In this document: piece by piece, positions 25,201-36,846 of the stretch
Layout: every line of letters begins with the position of its first letter
How positions within the stretch are numbered: the stretch's first letter is position 1
Source: Enoplolaimus lenunculus
Taxonomy: Eukaryota
Reading direction: 5' to 3'
Length of the DNA stretch: 64,000 bases
Assembly: GCA_030248215.1 (NCBI GenBank)
Contig: JASANG010003338.1
Location: 372,001 to 436,000, forward strand
Notes under the pieces: generated by a model
What the model saw: the letters and a program-made list of their open reading frames with translations, nothing else
Database searches by the model: none
Told to the model about the DNA's origin: nothing
Position numbers and translations under genes: made by a program

Positions 25201-28200
25201 TTCTCATTTGAGTTTTTCTGATCGGTTAAAATTGTGGTTAAGATAATGAAATTATAATCAAATCATATCATGGCTTACAATAACCCTGTTTACTCCTTAA
25301 TAGCTATATTGCTATATATAGTGTTTCATGCTCTCATGCTAATTAATTAGTCACAGCTCAACCTATGGTAAGCGTAACCTTCAGCTTGAAAGTAATTTTG
25401 ACTCTCTACTGTAGTGACCTGAATAAAAGAGGGACTTAATATTAATTTGGTCTTTCCTGAGGAAGCATTGTTTCTTGCTACTCGATTATGGAATGCTTTT
25501 CATTTTTCAACCCACCTTCTGTTGAGACCCCGCCTTTGACTTATACGCCATTTTCTGCAACTCAATTTTGTCAATATAGGTTACACTTTGAGCAATCAAA
25601 TTCTGTACTGGACATTCTGTGGTATATTCAATTTTCAGATTCTAATTATAGAAACAGGCTGATATTGATTAAGGCTCAAAATAGAGACGCTTCTCAATGG
25701 CTCTTATTTGGTCACCATAGTAAAATCAAACGTACAGTCAGGTCAACTTGTTGCTAGGGATGTTCGAAAAAGTAAAGTACGGGTATGAGTAGATTTTACA
25801 TGATTTAATAACTTTACAACCTTTGCTAAAACGTTCCTAAAAGGGGCTCAAAATTATGCTACAGGGGACCAAGTACGTAGCCAGCGAGGGCCAGAGACGG
25901 CTCAGCACCCGTGGAAGAATTTTGACCCATGTTTTAACCTTTCTTGTAAAGTCAACGAAACCCTTGTATGCCCCTCCTGAAAAATGTTTTGCCATCGCTA
26001 GCAAGATTACCTGGCTTACTGGCCTGTATGGGGTTGAGTTTATGTGGCAGGTTTTGCGTTTACGTGTCCAGCCAGAGCCGCTTATTACAAGGTTCCATTT
26101 TCAACTGAACCCAAAATATTTTAGAAAGAAAATTTGGTCGTTTTATTTTTCGCATTTTTATACTGAATTCAACTTACTGGTGATATTTTAAAATCAGGTT
26201 CAGGGTAGACATACATCAAAGGAATACGGCCATGACAGTTAGTAAAGTTGATACAGTTGTGCATCCGGCAGTTTTGTTTATTTGATGGACCTAAAATCAA
26301 AAAATATTCTATAAGTTTAAGACCGTAGCCGAAGTGGGACATGTGAGGCGAGGGCTCTGCACCTTGATATATTATGCCCCCCCCCCGAGTTGGTTACATT
26401 TGAGTAGCTTCGTCAAATGGGCAAATTTCTCCTTGTGGACTGTCTAAACATAGACATCGATCCAAACGCAAATAGCTGCAAAAATAATAATAACCACAAA
26501 CAATTTTGAGTATTTGAAACGTTGATGTTAAACAGTTAGTACATTATGTTAATTAGTTTGTCGTAAAAACAATTTGAAAGAAATCTTGACCCATGTTACT
26601 TTTAAGGCCGTCCCAGTTTCTGGTGGGTCTGTAAAAAAGTAGGCTTATATTCTAGACTTTGTTTTTTGCTTAGACTTAGGCTTAGGCTTAGGCTTGGGAA
26701 TACGTTTTTGCTTAGGAATACGCATAATCTACTGTTACGGCCCTAAATGTAACATTGGCCGAAATCGTTAATGTTGTATTAAACTGAACCCTGGTCCGTA
26801 GCCAGACGGACGCCAGGAGGAGGGCTAGAAAATTTTTAACCTTGTTTGCATAAATCACCGAAAGCCCTTGTATTCCCCTCTTTAAAAATTCTTTACCCCC
26901 CTCCCTAGCAAGGTGAGCAGGCTCCGGGATTAACTGGGCCCCCTCATCAAGTAAGTACTGAACAGAACGACAAGAAGTTGTTTTATAGTGAAGGCAAAGG
27001 AAACGTTGCTAACATCTAACTTGTGGGCATCTCAATATTTCTTTTTATTATTTATTGCTTTATTTCTTTTTTTCTTATTTTTTTAAATATTTTAATTTCT
27101 GAAAAAGAAAAAATTCAAAGGTAAGTCAGCAAGAACTTCTCCACCCTCCAGAAAAATTTTGGCCTCTTAGTAATGTTTCGGACCCCGCTTGTAAGTCTTG
27201 CGTGAAATACGTACGCAACATTGGCCTCATAAAATTGTCTTGCCCCCGCTTCTTTTGGCAATAAACTGGCCACAAGCCTGGCTAACAAGGTTTTATTTCG
27301 GTTTTTCAATTTTACTGGTAGGGGATGGGCGGAAAAGATCGTAGGAGGAACGGCAACACGTCTCGGTCTCCGAGTTCCGGCGCTGCGTAAACTAGAACCA
27401 GCAGCGGATTTAATAGGATTTATGAATAGAAATGCTGACCTGAAAAACGAAAAAATGTGACTATGGCATGTCTGTTTACACTATTGTGAATCCCTTTACC
27501 AATGTCGGAAGCGGAAAACTCGTATATACAGTGGAGGATCCAGAGATTTCTTAGAGCGGGATCGCACGAGATATTAGTGCAAAAAAACTCGTAAGCGAAG
27601 CGAGCTAAACCAAACGTTATTCTAGTGCTAAACCTTACTGTTGGGATACTACTATATCCGTGACTTCGCTAAGGTGGAAGTTTTTCTGGGGAATCCCGAA
27701 GAAAGCTGAATTTTAGCGGATCGGGTCGTAAACGACCAGTTTATAGATTTTGAGCCAAAGAAGAATGTTTGCCTGGGGAAGCCGAGTATGTGACACCCGG
27801 GTGCAGCATTCCGTAGGCATGAATTCTGGTGGTTTCAAATTTTAGATCTTAGAGTCCGAGGGGCGAGCGCAGGTGGTTCAAAAGGAACGAGTAAATTACA
27901 ATCAAATGTGATGTAATGTTTATAGGCCTGGAACACTCTGCTACGCTATGCTAATTTTGATGGTGTTTTAATCCCCTGGGCCTGCGCATACTTTGAGCGC
28001 CTGTTTCCGATTCGTTTTGGATTTCTCTAACGCTGTTGTCGTCTTTGTTTTATTTGTTTTTGTTGTTGTTGTCGCCTTTGTTTATTTTGTGTTCTTTTTT
28101 GTTGCTTTCGCTTCGAAATGATTCAGTCTAAACTTTCTGACCTCCCTACTGTACCCATCAAAGGCAACATAAAATAGCATTTTACTTATTGGTTGAAATC

Positions 28201-28752
28201 GGTTCGATTCAACTACACTTTTCTCGTTCATAAACGATTTATGCCTGGCATGTGATCGGTAAAGATGATGTGACGCTAATACCGGTACCATGTAATTGTT
28301 GTACGCTTTGCCATGTAGCATTGTTCCTGAAAAAAATATTGCAAAGTTTAAATTTCAACCTGGGATTGCGAACCATCAGTCTTTAATAGTTGGGAATCGT
28401 TCGCCATGACCACTCGACCATGAGAGCTTTATATGCTAAAAATTTCTTAAACATGAATGCCTTGTGTATTCATTGCGCGTACACAGTTTGCAATTCACTT
28501 CCGCATTTTAACTGCGGTTTGAATTTAGAAACGTTTCAATGCGCTTTAAATTTGACTGTTTTATAAGCTATTGCTGCGATATTTGGCTATATCTATTAAC
28601 TCGTAAGTGAAAATTTAAAATTTAATAAATTTCTAACGCCAGCTGAAGAAAACTTTACCCATCAACTTTTTATAGCTGTTCGTTCGTTGCCATACTACCA
28701 ATGATGCAATCAGTAGCGTAGCCAGTAACGTGTAACGAGCAACTGTTTTCAT
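14175..28752 (-). CDS. EXT1: Exostosin-1-like heparan sulfate polymerase subunit (type II TM, GT47 domain, degenerate GT64 domain)
   Basis: Exons: 28752-28659 ([23 protein letters not shown]), 28326-28186 (stem), 26290-26178 ([16 protein letters not shown]), 24489-24313 ([22 protein letters not shown]), 23537-23360 ([15 protein letters not shown]), 22738-22632 (FKGKRYVHG), 22254-22174 (TCKHGENW), 21275-21131 ([20 protein letters not shown]), 20917-20757 ([20 protein letters not shown]), 19416-19003 ([13 protein letters not shown] plus polyQ), about 17986-17841, probably 16758-16714, one unresolved small exon, and 15077-14175 (GT64-like). Phases join from 28752 through 17841. Confidence 0.9.
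17273..17447. mobile_element. hAT-like MITE (CAGTGGCGGATCC family)
   Basis: TIR cagtggcggatcca / tggatccgccattg; related single ends near 15118, 16530, 24632, 25170 and 27530. Confidence 0.75.
18690..19000 (-). repeat. 21-bp degenerate minisatellite (~14 units)
   Basis: Consensus approximately GCCGAGCTCTCTGGAGTGAGA on the minus strand. Confidence 0.9.
19123..19207 (-). repeat. (CAA)n coding polyQ inside an EXT1 exon
   Basis: GTT repeats on the plus strand; reads about Q13-LQK-Q12 in the EXT1 frame. Confidence 0.9.
19429..19596. mobile_element. MITE with TTAGGC core, in an EXT1 intron
   Basis: Ends agcccatgt / atattggcc; TSD aaagtttc / aaagtttt. Confidence 0.75.
20068..20370. mobile_element. 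MITE with internal ttggcct repeats
   Basis: Inverted ends atgtgtcgtaggccaatctg / cggattggcctgaaacat. Confidence 0.6.
21360..21516 (-). mobile_element. tRNA-derived SINE or tRNA pseudogene (tRNA-like head 21516-21444)
   Basis: GGCCGCG..CGTGGCCA acceptor stem, A-box TGGTGTAATG, B-box GGTTCGATTCC and loop CTCTTGG (Lys-CTT-like). Anticodon and T stems are mismatched, and an unrelated tail follows. Confidence 0.7.
21647..21801. mobile_element. MITE with TTAGGC core (subfamily B)
   Basis: TIR ggcccatgttac / gtaacattggcc; perfect TSD aaattatt. Confidence 0.88.
22360..22570. mobile_element. Palindromic CACTG-type MITE
   Basis: Long inverted arms with gagtcaaatttgactc motifs; sister copy at 50919-51120. 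Confidence 0.78.
26588..26760. mobile_element. MITE with TTAGGC core (subfamily B)
   Basis: TIR gacccatgttac / gtaacattggcc; TSD gaaatctt / gaaatcgt. Confidence 0.85.
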
Positions 28753-29353
28753 TATTAAAAATTATAACTTTATTACCGTTACATACTTTTACCATGTATA
28801 ACTTGACTAAAAATACAGATATATACCATGCCCCTTTCTGTCCACTAAAAATTGGTTATATAGGCATTCACATTTTGATAATCAGCGCAATAATTCGCGT
28901 TCACGTATTAACAACTGAGAGTATTTACTAAAGGTTCACCACAAAAAATTATAATCAAAACTTTGAAATTAACCCAAATTTTATCGGAATTTTAGCCGAA
29001 ATCGGAATTCCGTTGAAACCCTGGTGATCCGATATTTCAGTTTTTTGTTCAAGTTTGACTATCTTCGAGGAAATTGACTTGCATAGCCATACATTTGCAA
29101 CTATAAATTGAACAAGGTTTATATGGGATGAAGGATTATAGAGGCGCAACTTGACTGGCTAATCAAAACAACAGAAATAAATACAGTACTATCCACATAA
29201 AGTATTCCATTAAATATTACAACGCACTCTCACACAACTTATTTGTGTGCTGTATAAACCATGTTAAAATTATATTGTGCAAATGTGGTGAAGCCAAATA
29301 ATTCTTGTACAAGTCTTTTCCTCCAACGCGATCAACCCCAAACAACCAATCAG

Positions 29354-30090
29354 ACAGTATGCATTCCAGCAGCATTTGGTCTATACAGTCCTCCCACAGT
29401 ATGCATTCCAGCAGCGTTTGGTCTATACAATCCTCCCACAGTATGCATTCCGGCAGCATTTGGTCTGTACAATCCTCCAAGCCTCCTTTAAGCCAAACTT
29501 CTATTTTGAAATCTTCCTTGTCCACACAGTATGCATTCCAGCAACTTTTGGTTCCTCCCACAGTATGCATTCCGGCAGCATTTGGTCTGTACAATCCTCC
29601 AAGCCTCCTTTAAGCCAAACTTCTATTTTGAAATCTTCCTTGTCCACACAGTATGCATTCCAGCAACTTTTGGTTCCTCCCACAGTATGCATTCCGGCAG
29701 CATTTGGTCTGTACAATCCTCCAAGCCTCCTTTAAGCCAAACTTCTATTTTGAAATCTTCCTTGTCCACACAGTATGCATTCCAGCAACTTTTGGTTCCT
29801 CCCACAGTATGCATTCCGGCAGCATTTGGTCTGTACAATCCTCCAAGCCTCCTTTAAGCCAAACTTCTATTTTGAAATCTTCCTTGTCCACACAGTATGC
29901 ATTCCAGCAGCTTTTGGTTCCTCCCACAGTATGCATTCCGGCAGCATTTGGTCTGTACAATCCTCCAAGCCTCCTTCAAGCCAAACTTCAATTTTGAAAT
30001 CTTCCTTGTCTACACAGTATGCATTCCAGCAGCTTTTGGTCTGTACAATCCTCCAAGCCTTAAATCTAAACTTCAATTTTGAAATCTTCC
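29354..30090. repeat. Tandem array: two 42-bp units followed by about five 122-bp units (88+34)
   Basis: Core acagtatgcattcc(a/g)gca at 29354, 29396, 29438, 29526 and 29560, then with a 122-bp period. Confidence 0.95.
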
Positions 30091-32852
30091 TAGCCCGCAG
30101 TTGACACGCTCGCAGCCCGCGTACCTTACTACGAGGAGACAAAATACAAGCCCAAACTACCAATGACATAGTATGCATTTCAGCAGCATTTGGTCTGCCC
30201 TCCAATTAAAAGCAGTTTGCATTCCCGTAGTTGCTTGGGCTGCCCCGGACAACTATTGCCGTTTGGGAAGTGCGCCAGCTGTCAACTGGAGCAAGTATCT
30301 GCTGCGATATATACTGTAAAACATGACCCTGAAAGCTTTCTTAAATCTAAACTTCAACGTTGAAATTTTCCTAGCCCCACTGTTGACAAGTCCGTAGCTC
30401 GCGTAGCTTACTAGGAGGAGACAAAATACTTAATGCGGTTGCTACGCTTAGCTTAAAACCACTCAGAAGAAGGGCTAAAAGTTTTCTGGGGGTGGGGGGG
30501 CAAAATGACAAAACAACTGTAGATCGAAAAAATACAGCAGATTAAATTCTACCGAAAACTATTCGATAAACAAAAAACGGCCACAAGTACGGGTAAAGCA
30601 CATACGGATAGTGAGTGAAAATTACATATCGTATTTATTTCTACCATGAATTCCTATAATACGCTCAGTTATATATTGAGTTTGGTTCAATTGTTCGAAA
30701 CAAATCGCTACCGTGTTATACATGTATACCAGAAATGCTTGAGTTGAGTTGGATTGAATGTCAAAAAACAATTGTTTAACAAAATACTAATGTTTTCAAC
30801 TTCAACAAAGCATCGAAACACTGAACTGTGGAAGTTTCATCTCTTCAGTATACAACCATTTAACAAATATCCTTTGATCCTCTGAGCTTTTTCGTTTACC
30901 TTGGAGCTCTCATGAGGTCCATCAGATCCCGGTCAAAATTTTTGGGTTCTATTTAATATGTATTACTCTGATTATCAGTATGGCATTATGTTTCTCGATA
31001 TAATCGTTCGAAATATAAGACCAAAGAGTTTTCACATTAATGTTCAATTTAGCAGGGTGTTATTGAATATTCATTTGCGTTTGCGGTTCGGCGTGCGTTT
31101 TCTTATAGAATTAGTGGAAATTCCGTTATTTTTACGCTCAAAATTAGTTATAAACAACATATATGTCTGGTAATTTTTCATTCGAGATATGCTATAATTG
31201 TTTGAAATGAAATAAAAAAATACCGAAACTCATCCAAAAAATCATAAAAATTCGGTGTATCTGCCACTTTTTCTTTACATTTTTAGAAAGCCCGGTGAAT
31301 GTTTGCAGTACTCAATTCTGTTGGCAGTATAAAACATCTTTAAAACATCTTTAAAACTTTTATACTTTACTGGCCGTTTCCGGTTACCGTTATTTTGATT
31401 ACTATTCGTTTCCGTTATTTTTGAGACGGCCTAAAGACCTTTTTTAAAATAAGTCAAATTGTCGGGGTATTGATTTTCCAATTGATTTTTCTCGAATATT
31501 TGGTCGAGAAGTAAGTTCAAATTTCTTTTGCTTTGCTATCTTTGGATGCACATTCTCTTGCAAACCACAGTGAACAAAGTGGAGCGTAGGTTTTCGTTTT
31601 ACACAAAATTCCCCCACCCCCCGTTTTTCAGGCAAGAATCTCCCCCCGGATATCGCAATTTCTATTTTTGACTTTCATTTGTTATCGCGGCAGCTTCATT
31701 TGCGTAAGTATTATACGTGTTACATACGTAACACGTTTACAAATCCATGTATATCGTGTGAAATGCATAGAAACCTGGTTATACACGTTGCCCATGAAAG
31801 TTTTAAAAACCTTAAACAGAGGTGTAATGACGTTGGATGGCAGCTTGATTACAAGTGGACATCGTGTGGGCTATTGGGCAGCGGTTCAACTCCAGTTGGG
31901 GCAATAGTTATTTAACATGTTGTTTTAACTTCACTGATTTCTTTTCAATAATACATTGTGTTTGCCATTTTTACGAAATTTTCAAAAAAGGAGCTGAAAA
32001 TTTATATAAATACTGTGACTTTGGTCCTTTGCCGCGTTTCAACTAACTTTCAAGCTAGAATTTGAATTTGGGACTACGGGACGAACGGATAGTGTTTGCT
32101 ATAATAGTTTGGTGCTCAAGTTCAAGTATCTACCGCGTCTTTTGCTGGTTTTGTACTACGTATACGCGGAACAGTTGAGTTAACTTCACACTGTTTGTTA
32201 ATGCTGGGTTGCTAAACATTTTTAGAAAGTCGGGTTAACGTGAGTTTTCTTAAAACTGCATTCGTAGTACAATGATATTATTTCGTTATTTCCGAATTTC
32301 GTTCAAGCTTCGAACGAGACAGAATAAATAAAGTTAATGCTTAAATCAAAATTATCAGCTCTATCCTATTTGGCAAATATTATAACCGCTTTCGGTCTCT
32401 CTGACTCTCTCTCAGGGACTGTTTGTTACTAACTGTTTACACCCTGCAATTCAGCATTGTCGCGTATTAATGTTTACACCAGCCAAGCAGTATATACTAG
32501 TGTTTTAGACTTCTTGGCGTGTACATGTATATATAAATGCTTAGAAACCGTTTGTAAAACCTTTGGTATGGTACAAATATGCCGCATTGATGGGTATTTT
32601 TACAAACCGGATGAGCGATTTTATATTCCAACTATCAATTCGCTTTTTATAAAATTTATTTTTGAAATTTTAAGGCACATCAGCAACACTGTCAAACATT
32701 TTTGATCTTGAAAAAATGGCATTTTAAGCACAATTCTGTATATTGTTCAGTACAAAGACACTTTTGCGACGGCCTGTCATATTATTTACTTTAGCCTTCT
32801 GATAATAAGTCAAAAGCATAGCAGGAAAGTAGTTTAAATAAAAATCTCAGCG

Positions 32853-35800
32853 TCAACAGCTGGTTATTCGAACATTAAACGAATTTTCATCCATAATGTA
32901 TCGAGCCATATCACCGCAGTTTGATGCAATTATTTGTAACGCTTCGCATTCACGCTGACGTCGATCGGCTGGTTCAGTTGAACTTTGAATGGAACTTTTA
33001 ACCAGGTAAAGACATAGCTAAAACAATATACTGAGAAGCGTTAAAGTACAGGAACACTGTAAATTTCAATGAGTTGATTAATCAACTCAGAAAGAAGAAC
33101 AAATCGCTCGTTCCTGAATCTTTCTGAGTTAATAACGTGAAACATCAACGCGCTCTGAGCTGATTCAATTCAGGCTGAGTTAATGATTAATTAACTCAGA
33201 ATGAGGAGTTAAATCAATTTAGAACTGTGAGTTGTGAAAGACCTAATTCAGAGCTCAGATTTTTGAGTGGATTCAATTCATTCTGAGTAAAAATCAACTC
33301 ACTGGAATTTACAGTGAAGGTCAGCATTTTTATCCATGGTGAAACAGTCGTACCGTGGGTCGCAAAACAAAATAAGCCACGTAATCCGCGCATTAGCGGA
33401 TTCGGAGTATTCTTATGAGGGGTGGCTGGCAGTATATATATTGAACGGAAACTCGCGAGCGAAGCAAGCAACGCTATTTTAGTAATAATTTACTAATACA
33501 AAATTTTGGTTTTGTGTCGGTTTCGTTGTGAAGTTCGTTCACTTGTTTCCTTTAAATACGCGACAGTTTTAACGTTTTTACAGCCTAAACGTATAAACCA
33601 TAATCAAGCAAGAACTGAGCAAAAAAACTTTGCCAACGAAGAGAGCGAGATTCCAGACGTAGTTTTTGACACATGACTGAAATTCCGATACAAGATTTTA
33701 GTTTTGTTTGGCTTGGTTTTGAAAGTATGTAAAAATTTCGGTCGATGTCAACGGTTGATCAATCCATAGTTCTCTTAGATCCAATCCAAACTAAATATTT
33801 GTGGTATAAACAGTTGATACTAAAATGGCAAGCGAAGCTTTTAAGAGTAGAGGGTGACACTAGATCTAAACAAAGTTTTGCATGAACAGCATAAAAACTA
33901 AAAATTTCTAAGGTCAGTAGGACGTTGCAAGTTTTTTACAGAAATCTTTGTGGACAGGTGCGTGGCAGACTCAAGCCCAAGCAACTGTACATTGATCTCA
34001 ACAGCACCGACGAAGTGGAAAGATTAAAATTGCTTAGTTCGCCTCTCAAACTAACCTGATACTGAACTCTTTCATCGAAATCTTTGAGTTCAACGCAACC
34101 ACTAAACGGACCGACGGGATTGCGAATAATTTCACAAGTTGCGTTCAATTCGTTTTCACTGAAACTCCCAGATTCGGTCGGGACAAAATCCATTTGAGTC
34201 GCTATTTTGTTAGTTGAAATATTTCGTTTCTGAGGTTGTTCGGTAAGTTTACTGATATCAAATCCGAGTAAAGGATTAAATATTGAAAAACGTGGAGGGA
34301 GGCGCGCTGCTTCAACGTCTGCGTTGGAACCACTCTCGTCGAATTTATCTTCATTTTGAGTTCTAACAAGGCTAGGCTGTTTTCGTCGAAACACAGGGCT
34401 ATGGGTCTTGACGGCGGGGGGCTTGCTGCTGCCTGCCGAGACCTCGTGGTTCGCTAGCTTTGGTCGAGAGTTGGAAAACATATCGCCGAGAAAATGAAGC
34501 AATGATGACAGCGATCCTGCTTGATCGGTCGAATCTGGTTTGAAATTAGCTACGTTTTCAGTAAGGAAACTAGATCTTCGTGTGCTATGTTGAGGGAACC
34601 ATGTTTTCAGCGTGTCAGACCAACCGTTATCTCGTAGCCAATTATAAAATTCAATGTTCGCGTTTGGAAATAGCTGAGTTCGATTTGAACTTGGTCCAAA
34701 TCGAAAAGGTTTGCCGAATGAATTCAAATCAGACCCATCCGAGGGATCAGGTGGTAAGGAATGTCTGCAAAATAAATCATTTTTGTTGAAAAGTGTACGA
34801 TTCGAGATTTTTAACCAAAGCCCTTCGCAATTAACTGTATTCATTTCAGCAATTCGACAGATGGGGCCTATGTTATTAAAAATAAAAGCGTTTTTTAGAA
34901 TGGCACTACATATTTGTTATGAGGCGTCGCAAATCAAAAAGTTTTTGTTTACAAATTGTTCAGCGGCACCATTCGCGGACGGCATTAAAACACATTAAGC
35001 CTTAGAAGTTCCAAAGTGTAATCTATAGTGTTGTCAAAGATGCATGCATCTTCACTTAAAATAGCAGAGACTAAAATGTGCAACTCAAAACAAAACCACA
35101 AATGAAAACTATTTTTATACACAAAACATTTCAATGAGTATAAAATGAGTAAAAATAGCAAACGCATACCTTACTCTCGTAAACCCGCGTTCATTTCGGC
35201 GATCTTGAGTGGCATAAGATGCCCAGTTTTGAAGTGACCAATCAACCCACGACGTTAGTACCCTCGTTTTTCGTCTATCAGTGCCTGGCTCTCGTGACCC
35301 GCTGGACCAACTTTGCGATGACCAAGTGAGCCACGTAATTCGTCCTTGACCTTTTCCTGATGGACCGCCCTGGACACTAGACCAACTTTGGCTCGACCAA
35401 TCTAGCCACGATTGAGGCGATATGCCTGGTGGTTTGCTGTTACCAGGTTGAGGGTAGAAGATTTGAGTTGATTTTTGGGATTGAGGCCTTACAATGATAT
35501 TGTTTTAATATACATCGATTAGGTGTATTTTAAGAAGTAAATTTAATTAAAGTTGTGGAAAAAAGACTGATGTATGGTGTTTCTTGAATTCCACCGTATC
35601 ACCAATGAAAATTATTTATTCTCAAATTTACAAATGCTTAAAATTTGAAGCCGAGAAGAGCATAGTTTTAAAACGAACAAAACTGAAAATAGACATTGGC
35701 TAGGTTTCTGAAATCTTACTTAAGTATTTACTTAAACTATGCATTAGTAATACTTAAGTCAATGACTTAAGTAAATAATAACTTTTCGAACAAAACAGGT

Positions 35801-36777
35801 AAACGCCAAACGTGAGCCAATGTCATTACAAAAAAGTAACAGTTTTGCTATATATTAAGGAGGCATCACGAGTTTACAATTTCAGCTACACCAATGTTAG
35901 CATACTTGAACGGTTAATTTGTAATCTATCAGATTTAGCCAGCTACTTATCTTACTTCAGTATTTACTTAACTTAAGTAAGCTTTTAAAAACGGCAAAAT
36001 GGCTAAGTAATTTACTTAGCACGTACTTAAGTATCAAATGATAGATAGGGTTTCAGAAACCCAGCCAATATTTGCGACTCTGTTTTTGCATGTGGCGATT
36101 TGATTTTTAAAATAATAAACCTAAGTCTAAAACTGAAGTTGTGAACCAGTTTCTACTTGAAATATCGCTTAATTGCGAAGCGAAAACCCTCAGAGACGTT
36201 TGTTAATTTAAAACTTGTTCAAATGCTGTTTTCTTAGCTTAAACGCAACTTGTTAGTAATTTGATGTCTACCAAGATCGGAGTGAGTAGAGAGCGGGCTG
36301 ACTCTTAACCTTTCGGGTTTTATGCTCTTGCCCATTCCACAACATTTTGGAATTCGACGTGACTTTAAAATTTAAACTAAAAATTTATAAACATTACCCA
36401 GCCGGCACAACTCTATACTGACGAACATCTTGAGGACTTGCAATTAACACACGCTGGTATCTGCTATTCAAATTTCGATAAGCTGATTTAGAACATAAAC
36501 CGCAAATTTCTTGAACCCTAAAAAATTCACATGCGTTTTAGTTCAATGATTAACAACGGCCCATGTACAGAACAGGGCCTGATCAGTAATATAAGCATAT
36601 TCCTAAGCCTAAGCCTAAGCCTTAGCCTAAGCAAAAAATAGTGTAAAGCTTAAATTGTTAGCCTCTGCGGAAAACGATCCAGCCCTGTTCTATACATGGG
36701 TCTTAACAACGAACTAATATATGAAACACAAAACCAATAGATATCTTTGGGACGGCTTTTTTTATTTAAGATTACTT

Positions 36778-36846
<69 letters not shown>

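Noticed and set aside
27300..27850. Exon-like segments on the minus strand (e.g. 27706-27638)
   Set aside because: They are not needed for the EXT1 phase chain and have no recognisable peptide, so they cannot be supported without transcripts.
29217..30205. Many overlapping ORFs and a CRISPR-like periodic motif
   Set aside because: The intervening sequences are identical repeats rather than unique spacers, there are no cas genes, and the ORFs are by-products of the 122-bp satellite.
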